Source of the DNA: a virus
Lineage: Duplodnaviria; Caudoviricetes
Virus record (IMG/VR): IMGVR_UViG_3300029305_003884
Location: 114,043 to 178,042 of that record
DNA: 64,000 nt
Direction: 5' to 3' (one strand)
Shown: piece after piece, positions 38,862-50,000 of the stretch
Layout of the letters: each line of letters opens with the position of its first letter
Numbering within the stretch: position 1 is the first letter of the stretch
The notes under the pieces: model-generated
Database searches by the model: none
The model's input: the letters and a program-made list of their open reading frames with translations, nothing else
What the model was told of the DNA's origin: nothing
Made by a program: the position numbers and the translations under genes

Positions 38862-40457
38862 ATGTCGGAGTTCATAGGTATGAATAACAACAGCACGTTT
38901 GCGTATGTCCACACGGAAAGCGGACCAGTAAAACCTGCAAAGGCGGTACCCATCGAGACGATGAGGAACATTGTCGCTTCCATCCAGGGCAAACATGTCC
39001 GTGGAGAAAAAGGAACTAACTGGGCTGACCTCGCCAAGAAGGTGAACAAGGATTGCAACCCGCACGGATATACAACGATACAGACAATTTTGAATAAGGT
39101 GTTGACCGAGGCTGCCGCCCAGTCTGTCGGAAAGTCTGTGTTCCGACTTGACCTTGGAAACGTGGTGTGTGACTCTGCTCATGCAAAGTTCAAGATGAAC
39201 AGGCGAAACCATTCTGTCGTAGTGGATATGCTCTATCCTAACGACAATGGCAATATCACTATTCGATACAATGTCGATGACGTGGCTGCAAAGATGTTCG
39301 AGCTTTCCCTTGATTCGGAACACTATATCAACGGTTTCGGTATGACTATCATTAAGTGCTGTGACGATGCCATCAAGGAAGCCGAGGAAATGACCGAGGA
39401 AGAAGACATCTACTCGACCGAAAATGGATACCAGCCGATAATGTCAGCAGATATGCGTGGTCTTCTCAGCATTGCCAACTCCATAATGGAATCTCAGGTT
39501 GCTGTTGATTCTAATGGATACGGTGAAGCTGACTTTAACGCTAATCCAGCCCCCGATGCCACCATGGGCGGCATGGGCGGCATGGGAAGCGGAACCCCTG
39601 GCGGTGAAGGTGGTCAAGGTGGTGGCGCAGCTTCTCTTGGTGGAAATTTGGAAAAGCCAGAGAACGAAGTGAATTTTGTCGACTTCTGCCTGGGAAACCT
39701 CGATACCTCGCAGCCGCTTGATAAGGCACAGCATGGTTCTTTTGCTAGGCTGACAGACATCCTTGCTGATAGGATGGCAATCGAATTGAAAAAGACTCAG
39801 AAGGGCGAAACGCTTACAGGAAAACAGATTGCTAACGGAACGCAGGGTATAAAGTCGGCGCTGAACGCTAATCAAAAGCTTACTCAATTCCAGGAATACT
39901 ATCCGCAGTTCAAGGGAATGGTTTATGAAAAAGAAGCCCAAGCCCTTGCGAACTTCCTTGAGAGAACCGATGTGGACAACGCAATGGACTTCGAGGCGTG
40001 GCTATACAGCGATAAGACGATGCAGGAACTGGCAAAGCGTAAGGGTGTAGGACTGCAGACAGGAACCAAAGGCGATAACCAGGATGTCGCTCCCCTTCCA
40101 AGTGACGGAACGGAGGCCGCTGCAAACAATACTGCTATGGATGCTGGTATGGGCACTGGCATGGGTGGTATGGATGCTGGCATGGGCACTGGCATTGGCG
40201 GTATGGATTCTGGCATGGGCGCTGGCACGGATACTGGCATGGGCTTTGGCATGGGAACGGGAGTTGATAATACGGAAACAGCCCCCGCTGGCGATGGATT
40301 TGGCGGTCCTGACATAAACGATATTGGCCAATTGGACCAGATTAGTGAGAATACTAGCGAGGAACTGCCTAACTTAGGTGGTGAAGCAAATCAAACCGAC
40401 CAAGTTGACTTAGGTCTCGACACTCAACCCACGGACGAGAATAATCCGCCTGCATAA
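38862..40457 (+). CDS. Hypothetical protein with Gly/Met-rich repeats and acidic tail
   Basis: 531 aa; MGGMGGMG and (MDAGMGTGMGG)n segments. Confidence 0.75.
   Translation: MSEFIGMNNNSTFAYVHTESGPVKPAKAVPIETMRNIVASIQGKHVRGEKGTNWADLAKKVNKDCNPHGYTTIQTILNKVLTEAAAQSVGKSVFRLDLGNVVCDSAHAKFKMNRRNHSVVVDMLYPNDNGNITIRYNVDDVAAKMFELSLDSEHYINGFGMTIIKCCDDAIKEAEEMTEEEDIYSTENGYQPIMSADMRGLLSIANSIMESQVAVDSNGYGEADFNANPAPDATMGGMGGMGSGTPGGEGGQGGGAASLGGNLEKPENEVNFVDFCLGNLDTSQPLDKAQHGSFARLTDILADRMAIELKKTQKGETLTGKQIANGTQGIKSALNANQKLTQFQEYYPQFKGMVYEKEAQALANFLERTDVDNAMDFEAWLYSDKTMQELAKRKGVGLQTGTKGDNQDVAPLPSDGTEAAANNTAMDAGMGTGMGGMDAGMGTGIGGMDSGMGAGTDTGMGFGMGTGVDNTETAPAGDGFGGPDINDIGQLDQISENTSEELPNLGGEANQTDQVDLGLDTQPTDENNPPA
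40137..40260 (+). repeat. Degenerate 33-bp tandem repeat encoding MDAGMGTGMGG
   Basis: ATGGATGCTGG(T/C)ATGGGCACTGGCAT.GG.GGT twice, followed by decayed copies. Confidence 0.8.
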
Positions 40458-40467
40458 GAGGTAGACT

Positions 40468-41076
40468 ATGAGTACTGTAGTTGTTAACGCAAACCCGCTT
40501 AGCAGCGGAACCCCAGTAGCGGCAACCCTCTCTACCATAACGGGTATGGACCAGGGTACAGTGGCGGCAAAACTCGATGCTGAAATCCGTGACGAGGAAA
40601 ATCGTCGAATGATGAATCCTTCTGCCTTCCCTGAATTGGATAGCCCTTACGAAGTGGCGAAGACCTCGATGAAAAATGTGAGGGCCGAACTGTTGAATCC
40701 TGAGATGGACCTTTCTAAAGAGCCTAGCGCAACTACTACTGAACAGGCGCCAGGTGCATCAGAATTCAGTGCTCAGACGATGGACGACTTGGATGCCATT
40801 GCCGATGTGGCAAACTCCATAAATCCAGACCCGTATGATGACATAAGTGGTGCAGACATTGCAATGAACCAACAGTCGGACCCAAGTTCTGTAAACGGTG
40901 ATTCCGACCTTACTAATCAGTCACTTGATTTTATCAACTCAATTGAGCCTACGCCAGACCAGCCTGCCCCAGAGGTAGATTTGGTTCAAGGAGAGGAAAC
41001 CACGGGAGATAATCAAGAGACGGAAGATAATCAAATCGAGGACGACCCAAATATGGCATTGGGCGGTGAGATTTAG
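40468..41076 (+). CDS. Acidic disordered hypothetical protein
   Basis: RBS GAGGT; D/E/Q/P-rich. Confidence 0.7.
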   Translation: MSTVVVNANPLSSGTPVAATLSTITGMDQGTVAAKLDAEIRDEENRRMMNPSAFPELDSPYEVAKTSMKNVRAELLNPEMDLSKEPSATTTEQAPGASEFSAQTMDDLDAIADVANSINPDPYDDISGADIAMNQQSDPSSVNGDSDLTNQSLDFINSIEPTPDQPAPEVDLVQGEETTGDNQETEDNQIEDDPNMALGGEI

Positions 41077-41085
41077 GGGGCCTAT

Positions 41086-41748
41086 ATGGATTTCAATGAT
41101 GTTCCTGAGCATGAACTGTTCGAAGCTATCAGCGGCGAGTCGATGATAGAGGAATACCAGCCAGATGACGACGGTGGTGTCATCGATGGATTCGAGATTG
41201 ACGGGCAGACGAACTCTGGGCCGTTCGACGAGAATTTCAAACTGTATATAAAGAACCCGAATCAGATTGACGATGCCACCCTCGATGAACTGGGCAAGCT
41301 GATTGACGGCAAGTACAGTGACAACTTCCGAGACATTAAACACATCGTTGCTAAACCCGATACGGTGGAACAGCTCAAAAATGCGGATATGGTCGAGTAC
41401 ATAACATACGAGGGAATTCCTGTCGGCGTTCTTACCGTAAGCGACCCTACGAAGGAAAACTACATGAATATCGTCCCAGCGGAGACGTATTCCCTCCATA
41501 GCGCCTACAACCTTGATAACAGGCTCGAAATCGAGTATTTCGTCGTGTCGTCTGAGATGAATGAGTATCCTGTCGCACAGGAGCTGGTAAACCACCTCCT
41601 GGAACAGAAGATTGCCACGTTCATGGTATGCCCAGCGGACGACTTTTCGACTAACGAGTTGTTGAGGAAGGTCCACTACAAGTACGTCAAGACGTTCAGG
41701 ATAGATGCGGTCGACTACGACATCAACCTGTATGTAAACCGAGAATAA
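41086..41748 (+). CDS. GNAT-fold-like protein with degenerate acetyl-CoA motif
   Basis: 'PVGVL..LEIEYFVVSSEMNEYPVAQELV..NELLRKVHY' follows the GNAT beta4/motif A/motif B layout. Confidence 0.45.
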   Translation: MDFNDVPEHELFEAISGESMIEEYQPDDDGGVIDGFEIDGQTNSGPFDENFKLYIKNPNQIDDATLDELGKLIDGKYSDNFRDIKHIVAKPDTVEQLKNADMVEYITYEGIPVGVLTVSDPTKENYMNIVPAETYSLHSAYNLDNRLEIEYFVVSSEMNEYPVAQELVNHLLEQKIATFMVCPADDFSTNELLRKVHYKYVKTFRIDAVDYDINLYVNRE

Positions 41749-41788
41749 AAAATATACTTTAATGATGAAACATCTACTAGGGTAGATT

Positions 41789-42445
41789 ATGAACAACAAC
41801 GAATACTTTGGACAGCCTCAGCAGCCGCAGCAACCTCAATACGCCCCTCAGCAGGGGTATCCTCAGCAGCCGCAGTACTATCCGCAACAGGGTTATCCCC
41901 AGCAGGGATATCCGCAACAGGGTTATCCGCAGCAGGGTTATCAACAGCCAGTCGGAAACCCTGGTATCATGCCCCCTGGTGCGTACCAGCAGCGCCCCCA
42001 GTTTGAAGGACAGGGGTATCAGCAGGGAAGACCGAACACGCTTCCTGGTGGTCAGAGAATCGTGGAATCTCCGTACGGAAACGATACCGATGCGGCAACA
42101 CGGGACTACTGCAACCAGATTGATGCCGATGGACGACTCGAAGAGTTGAACAAAGCACTCGACATGATTAACGGAACCGCCGAAAATCCTGGCGTCGAGG
42201 GAAACATCTATGCTATGAACCAGAAGATGGAATCGGTCAGGAAAAACGGCAACACTGGAATCACCGACAGGCAGAATCTTTTTGCCGTCCTCAATTCCAT
42301 GGAACAGTTGGCACAGATTGTTTCCGACCCTGCTTCTTGGTTCCCGCAAGGCAGTCAGGAACAAGTGCCGAAGTTCAAGCCGCTTCTCAGCAAACTTGCT
42401 GCGGGTCTTCGGAACTACATCGAGAAATTGAAGATGTTGAACTAA
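41789..42445 (+). CDS. Protein with N-terminal PQQGY-repeat (prion-like) domain and helical C-terminal domain
   Basis: The first ~85 aa are Q/P/G/Y-rich with five PQQGY units. Confidence 0.8.
   Translation: MNNNEYFGQPQQPQQPQYAPQQGYPQQPQYYPQQGYPQQGYPQQGYPQQGYQQPVGNPGIMPPGAYQQRPQFEGQGYQQGRPNTLPGGQRIVESPYGNDTDAATRDYCNQIDADGRLEELNKALDMINGTAENPGVEGNIYAMNQKMESVRKNGNTGITDRQNLFAVLNSMEQLAQIVSDPASWFPQGSQEQVPKFKPLLSKLAAGLRNYIEKLKMLN
41846..41941 (+). repeat. 15-bp coding repeats (PQQGY)
   Basis: CCNCA(A/G)CAGGGNTAT repeated. Confidence 0.85.
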
Positions 42446-42470
42446 TTCGTGGACATTGCTAATATGTATG

Positions 42471-42499
42471 AGGCGACCGTTGAGGTCGCCTTTTATTTT
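42471..42499 (+). terminator. Rho-independent terminator
   Basis: AGGCGACC/GGTCGCCT stem followed by a T-rich tail. Confidence 0.85.
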
Positions 42500-42520
42500 A
42501 GGCGAAATTGGGTACAGGGT

Positions 42521-42530
42521 TATAAACTAT
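42521..42530 (+). promoter_or_regulatory. Late-type promoter TATAAACTAT
   Basis: Exact motif upstream of the collagen gene. Confidence 0.82.
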
Positions 42531-42554
42531 TGGTAAAGTTTTGCTGGTTACGTC

Positions 42555-43742
<1,188 letters not shown>

Positions 43743-43772
43743 TCCTGAACGTAGTGTATCAACAGGAGTTGG

Positions 43773-45482
43773 ATGATGGCTGCAAATGGACTTATAGTCT
43801 TCAACGGAGCTAATACTGGTGGGATATTCTATGGTAATATCCCCGTTGATGCGGTGTATTATGGCAATGTTCTTATATGGAAATTGATAAGCCTATTGAT
43901 GGGTACGGACAGATTCGTATGTATTGAGTTCACGCCTGACCATGATATAGTGTCGAGTTCGCAAAATCCCGTTGCTATAACTGTTTTCATGAATACTAAC
44001 GACTTTACTGATACGAACCCTCCAATGTTTATATTGGATGCGGCAGGCGTTACATGTGGATACAGTACGGTTGGAGTAGTCTCTGGTCAAGAGACTATCG
44101 ATGGATGTACTGGATACAAGCGAACTAATACATTTCTTGATAACAAACTGTTTTTGCAGGCTGGTAAGAAATACTATATCTGCTACAAAAAAGGCCGATA
44201 CACCGAGGCTAATGATTACTTTGCATATTATGATAAGCCAGGAAATTATAAGCTATACAATGTGTATGATGCTCATACCACTGTTCAGAATTTGATTGGG
44301 AAAAACAACATTGGTACGTTGACTTCGCTCGTTGATTTGATAGAGGCATCCCAAGACGATTTATTTATATGGGAAGGTAGTAACAGCGCAGGTATGACCC
44401 CAAATGATGAATACATTCGGAATGGCGATTCGTTGAGCAATTATGTTCCTGAATTGAATTTTGGCTCTAGCGACAAATATGAAGTTCTGAATCATATTCT
44501 GTTCATGGATAAAGGAGGTGGCCAATATGGTAGCCCTGGTGATAAATTTGTTATTACCGAAACTTATAGTACCGCAAGTGGCACCCCTGCGGGTGTTATA
44601 AGCAGAACGTCAAATTATACTACCCATGTGTGGATTCCTCCTTCGGCGAGTTTCTTTAGCAGAAAGGCGGATGCTTATAAGTATATTTTTGATGCTAATG
44701 TTCATCTATCTGATAATGATTCACAAGGAAAAGCACTTGTCTGGGGAAATAACTACATATATACCTACGGTGCATGCTATTCAAGAGGTAGTCAGTATCT
44801 AGGATATACCTGTTATGAGTCAAGAACTAACTCGTATATAGACGTCCCTGGCGATATAGCTAAGGTTAACCAAGACGAATTGTTTTATATTGAACAGAGT
44901 GTGGCGAGTTTGGTCGGTTCTAGTGAAGGATTGAAGATTAGAGGCAGCCAATCAGTAGACGCCGTTGCCATTGCTAATTCGAGTGATTCGGAGCCAAAGC
45001 AATTTGCTACAATAGCAGCTCAAATAAGTCACGGTACTGTATGGTTTGTTGGAGATAGTCTTTGGTACCCATTTGTGCCTAATAAGTTATATACAAAAAC
45101 AGGCAGTTGGAATGCTACAATTACATCAACAACTCCATTAACATCTGAGCCGTCTAACCCAGCAACTAATGATGTTTATTACAAAGCAGGCAACGTAACC
45201 TGGGGTTCAATCGGTGATGAATGCATTGTTAAATGGGATGGCAGTTCATGGGTTAAAGTTAACACCTATGAGTATAGTAACTATCTCTCATATCAAGATG
45301 CACAAAACATGTTTAGCGATGCAAATACAAATGGTATCTTGACTGAATTTCAGCCTAGCCAACTATTCCAGTCAGAAAACGTAACCAATTTGGTTACGAA
45401 GGTAACGTCGAATGAAAACTTCGCTGCGGCAACAGTCCATGATGACAAAGAACACTATTTTGAGATTGTAGAGGGAACATAA
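43773..45482 (+). CDS. Putative fibre/receptor-binding accessory protein
   Basis: RBS AGGAG. N-terminal 'IFYGNIPVDAVYYGNVLIW' is a segment often seen in phage fibre proteins; 'WDGSSWV'; visibly AT-richer than its neighbours. Confidence 0.55.
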   Translation: MMAANGLIVFNGANTGGIFYGNIPVDAVYYGNVLIWKLISLLMGTDRFVCIEFTPDHDIVSSSQNPVAITVFMNTNDFTDTNPPMFILDAAGVTCGYSTVGVVSGQETIDGCTGYKRTNTFLDNKLFLQAGKKYYICYKKGRYTEANDYFAYYDKPGNYKLYNVYDAHTTVQNLIGKNNIGTLTSLVDLIEASQDDLFIWEGSNSAGMTPNDEYIRNGDSLSNYVPELNFGSSDKYEVLNHILFMDKGGGQYGSPGDKFVITETYSTASGTPAGVISRTSNYTTHVWIPPSASFFSRKADAYKYIFDANVHLSDNDSQGKALVWGNNYIYTYGACYSRGSQYLGYTCYESRTNSYIDVPGDIAKVNQDELFYIEQSVASLVGSSEGLKIRGSQSVDAVAIANSSDSEPKQFATIAAQISHGTVWFVGDSLWYPFVPNKLYTKTGSWNATITSTTPLTSEPSNPATNDVYYKAGNVTWGSIGDECIVKWDGSSWVKVNTYEYSNYLSYQDAQNMFSDANTNGILTEFQPSQLFQSENVTNLVTKVTSNENFAAATVHDDKEHYFEIVEGT

Positions 45483-46942
45483 TGGCAGTTTACGCATTTA
45501 ACAAGAAAACGAACGTCTTGGAGTTCAAATGTTCTAACAAGAATGTTCTGGATATCATACTATCGCAGAAGAAAAAGGATATCCGTGATTATGACATCTT
45601 ACAGGAGTTTGGTATGAGGTATATATCAACCATTACCCATGTCGATGGGGTATGTATTTACAACAACAGGGAATACTGGTCGAAAACCGCTGTACAGAAT
45701 CCGTTGACCCCAGAAAACTATTCTGAACACGAGGTGTTAGACTTTATTGGAAGGGCGGTTCCTTACGATAGGTATGTTGATGAATTGAACACGAATCTTA
45801 ACCGTATCAGTGCGATTGATGGAACCATCGGTGAAGTCATATACAACATAGATATTGGCAATGAGATGATTGCGTTGTTCAAGGAAGAATGCCGTCTGAC
45901 GAACTTCAGGGGAATTACTCCAATTGAGATTGCGGCAAAGCTGGCCCAGGCGTACACGCTTGTGTTGACGGGCTCCTTCCGTGAGGCGAAGACCGTATTT
46001 CAGGCGCTCGACACCGACCCGTTCCTTACCGAGGAACGTAAGCAGAAGTATATTGACATGCTTGATGCGGCTGATGCTATCGAATATGCGTCTGGCGACG
46101 ACCTGATATTTACAACGGAAGAGAATACAGAGCCAGACCCAGAACTGGTCGAGTATGTCAGGGTCTATCTGATGGACCAGTCTAGCGACATGAGTAAGGA
46201 ACACACGTTCTACTATGCGGCGATGAAACAGCCAGACGAAACGAAGAAACCGAGATTCCAGGATGGCGACAAACTCATCTATGTAATTCGCCATGCTGAA
46301 CGTGACAGCGACAGCAGTTCAACAACCGACATCAACGATACTGGTGTAGCTCGTGCAAACGGCATCGGAAAGATACTGGCTTATGGAAACTCTCCGTCTA
46401 GCTCGGAAAGTTCTATAACTATCACGATTGAACCGAACGATGCCCATTACTTTGCAAATGACTTGGTAAGATGTAAACATACGGCACAGTGCATTGCGAG
46501 TGGACGTGGTGACACTGACAGTGCTGCATCGGACTACTCTGGAATTACCGAGGAAGCCGAACTTCTCTACGGATACCGTTATCTGCAGAGTCATCCAAGC
46601 TCAGGCACAACGGACTTGTTGAAGACATATTGTCATACCCCAGAAGACCTTACATCCGAACAGTTGGGTTACATCGGGGTTTCAACGGTGGAAGAGGCAC
46701 GGGCCAAGCTCGTGTCCGACACCAACCGTTTCATCAACGAGATAATCGCCAAGGCTGACAAGACGCTCAACTTCTTCGTCACTAGCGACTATTTCGTCGG
46801 ATGTATGCAGGCGGGTGTTACCAACTATGGTTATGACCAGTCTGGTAACAATCCATGGGTCAACTGGTGCTCTGGCGTGTGTATAGTTGCCCATACGGAC
46901 GGTACATACGACGCATTTGCGGTGAAGTGTAACAAGAAATAA
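45482..46942 (+). CDS. Phage protein with C-terminal histidine-phosphatase-fold domain
   Basis: 'YVIRHAER', 'TGVARA' and 'RCKHTA' match the His-phosphatase superfamily. TAATG coupling to the upstream gene. Confidence 0.7.
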   Translation: MAVYAFNKKTNVLEFKCSNKNVLDIILSQKKKDIRDYDILQEFGMRYISTITHVDGVCIYNNREYWSKTAVQNPLTPENYSEHEVLDFIGRAVPYDRYVDELNTNLNRISAIDGTIGEVIYNIDIGNEMIALFKEECRLTNFRGITPIEIAAKLAQAYTLVLTGSFREAKTVFQALDTDPFLTEERKQKYIDMLDAADAIEYASGDDLIFTTEENTEPDPELVEYVRVYLMDQSSDMSKEHTFYYAAMKQPDETKKPRFQDGDKLIYVIRHAERDSDSSSTTDINDTGVARANGIGKILAYGNSPSSSESSITITIEPNDAHYFANDLVRCKHTAQCIASGRGDTDSAASDYSGITEEAELLYGYRYLQSHPSSGTTDLLKTYCHTPEDLTSEQLGYIGVSTVEEARAKLVSDTNRFINEIIAKADKTLNFFVTSDYFVGCMQAGVTNYGYDQSGNNPWVNWCSGVCIVAHTDGTYDAFAVKCNKK

Positions 46943-46955
46943 ATGTGAAAACACA

Positions 46956-46983
46956 GCCGTTCAGTCAACTGGACGGCATTTTT
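46956..46983 (+). terminator. Rho-independent terminator
   Basis: GCCGTTCAG/CTGGACGGC stem followed by ATTTTT. Confidence 0.78.
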
Positions 46984-46996
46984 GTATCCGCAAGTG

Positions 46997-47006
46997 TATA
47001 AACTAT
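46997..47006 (+). promoter_or_regulatory. Late-type promoter TATAAACTAT
   Basis: Exact motif upstream of 47036. Confidence 0.8.
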
Positions 47007-47035
47007 AAGTGAAAATTAACCGATAATGGGTTACC

Positions 47036-50000
47036 ATGTTTAGCAAGAAAGCGGTTTTTGAATCTTATCTCGAACAACTCGGCCTTAACAAGACGGCCTT
47101 TGAAGCGGTAAAGAGCATCAACGGTGTCCTGTTTGAAGGCATCGATGACTTGCTTGATGATATGGATGAGAATATTGAGGTGTCCTCAGTTCCCGAGGCT
47201 GTTCCTGAGGTAGAGAAAGTTGAAGAGGAACCTGCTCAGAAGAAAGCGGAATATACACCCGACGAGTTGGCATCTAGGATGAATATCCCGTTTAATGCGG
47301 CCTGGAGACTTGCTATTTCCTGGGCCCACACCGAGCCGAGGTTTGACTTTTTCTGGGATGAGTCTGGATACCCCTTGACGGCGTTCATGATTCCGTCTGG
47401 CGACGGGAAGAATGTGTATTTCTCTCCAGAGACGGTGATATACGAAATAAGTACTGATTCGGAAGACGGCGTTCCTAAGTATGTATACCAGACGGCGACA
47501 AACCCAGTCAGGATGAGCGAGGATATCTACAACAGGATAGTGAGCTACTATGGAGAACATGGTCGTGGCGATACAGGCGACCTTAGTGATATCCCCTTTG
47601 TTGATATTAAGCGTTTGGCTCTTGGCAATGCCCTTCATCAAGCGGGCGAGGACGCTCCTAACCTTGGCGTTCAATGCACCGTTCACCTCGACCCTGAAGC
47701 CATTATGCTTTCGAACGACGCATACAAAATAGATGAGAAAGGTGGTATTTTCGCAGATACAGAAAAGCTGAGGTCCCTTGAAAAGGAATATCACATGCAT
47801 GTTGAAAGCATGCAGATTGTGTTGTTGAAGGAATGGAGTGATGCCAACGACAAGTATTACGTTGACGGAACTACTGGTCTTATCTATGATGTCACCCGTG
47901 ATACGAGGATGATGGGTAAGAACGACACTCTGGCTCCTCTTAACGCCAAGCCGACCCCAGATAAGAAAAGGAAACAGTCAGCAACACTGCGTCTTGGTAC
48001 GAGGCTTATCGACTGGGCTAAGACCCAGGACATGTTTAGGCTGTTGTTGAAGCCTAATGCCGCTGGTGTTCCCAAGAATGTTTACACGAATACGATATAC
48101 CAGGTACCAAACGATGGTAATATCGAAGGTATTTCGGGAACCTCTCCTTATGTTTACATGGATGATGACAATTACGCAAGTTATGTCAACGCTAACCCAG
48201 GATTCGACCAGAGCCAGGTAAAGAAATATGGCGTCGATGCATTGAACAACCTTGTTAAGACGGAATACGAGAGACGAAGCACGTCAGACACGTCCGCATA
48301 CAATGAGTATGGATACGACTCCAACGGATGGGTCAATAACATCGAATGCGAAGTCGCTAGTGAAGATGCCAGGATGTATAAGTTGAAGGACTCCGTCATA
48401 AAGGCAATTAAACGTGCTTATGGCAGCGAGCTCGAAGGAATAAACAATTATGTCGCTGGTAAGAACATCATCACCGTCGGCGGTAAGATGGATTTGGATG
48501 GAAACGTAGTAGGCGGTGTTGATTGCCACCCGCTAGTTTACTTGGGACGTAGCCAAGGTGGATATTTGGCTCCTCGTCTTGTCGCAGTGTTTGATGAAAC
48601 TTGCTGTAAGCCAGGTGAACCTCTGTCAAAGATTGTAGGCGAGAGCGGCCTTCGTAACGGAACGCCGACCATCTTGGGATTTGCTACAATCCTGAATGGC
48701 TGTAACCTATCAAAGAAAGGAGATTTTGTAATCAACGACTGCTTTTTGGAGAATGTTGATATCTCTGGAAGTACGGGTTTTGTTAAAATCGGTTCTAGGA
48801 CAACTGCCCCGAATACGGCTCGCACGGTTAATGCTCCTGTGAGGACCGTAGTAAAGAACACCATCATATCTGTTGGAAACCATGGCGCCGATATGACGCT
48901 TCCCAATAACCAGATTTACGGGGAAATGTCTAAAGGTATGCGTGGAGTAACCATCGCCAACTCAGTTGTTGAGGATTCTATCATTGAGAATGGTTATGCA
49001 GAAATCATAGCTTGTCACCTCACTAACTTGAATATGAGCAACGATGGCGAAAAACGCCTGAAAGGCTGGAATAGCGAAGATGCGAGCAATGTTAAGTTCA
49101 AGGGTGACAACCTGATTAGTGTATACGGCGATGCTCGGTATGAAGCGGGCTACATAAAGAGTGTGGTTCCTGGTGCAAAAAGACAGAAGAAGTTTGAATC
49201 TGGAGATGTCACTACTAGGCTTACCGGTAATGTCACTTTGGATTCTAGTATGGGTACGGTCGTATGTTGTGGTTCTACGTTGAACAACGTGATTGCCAAC
49301 GGTCCGTGCAGCATCCGTTCTTGTACTCTTAACGACACGACTATTGGTGCTAACGCCGAAGCTGGTGGAAAATTTATGCAGACCCAGCTGAACGGTGTCC
49401 ATTCGACACCGTCTACTGAGACTGGTGGATACACCATTATCGACCACGGTCGTTACAAACCGACAATCTTCGGTAACGGAAAGAAGGACCAGAATCCTGA
49501 AACCATCCTGTTGTCGGGAAAGGTGTACGTCGAAGGTGGCGCACAGGTATTCAAGTCCGAGATATCCAGTCCTGCTGGTTCGGACGATGATGTCGTTGTA
49601 CGTGCAAACATGGTGTTGAATGGTTGCTCCCCATATACGCTTAACAGGAAGGATTCTGGTACGATAGCCAAGAGTCTCAACGACGACGCTATCTTGAGAG
49701 GTGACTGCACCGACGCTATCGAGGTTTCCAGAAGGTTGCACATGGGCTCCACTGTATACGGCGGTGCTTCCAGGAAGTATACTCCTATTGAAAAATATGA
49801 GATGTTCAAGAACGGCGATATGACATCGAAGGACTTGACATTGTATGAAGCGGAATCTATTGTAGAGGACTTCTTGGCAATGAATACGAAATCTGTTCTT
49901 GTGGACAAGAGCGTATTCATGGATATTACCGACGATGGTATCGTTCCGAACGAACGTTTGAAGATGACCATATGGGACCCGATTGGAGGTTTCTTTGTTG

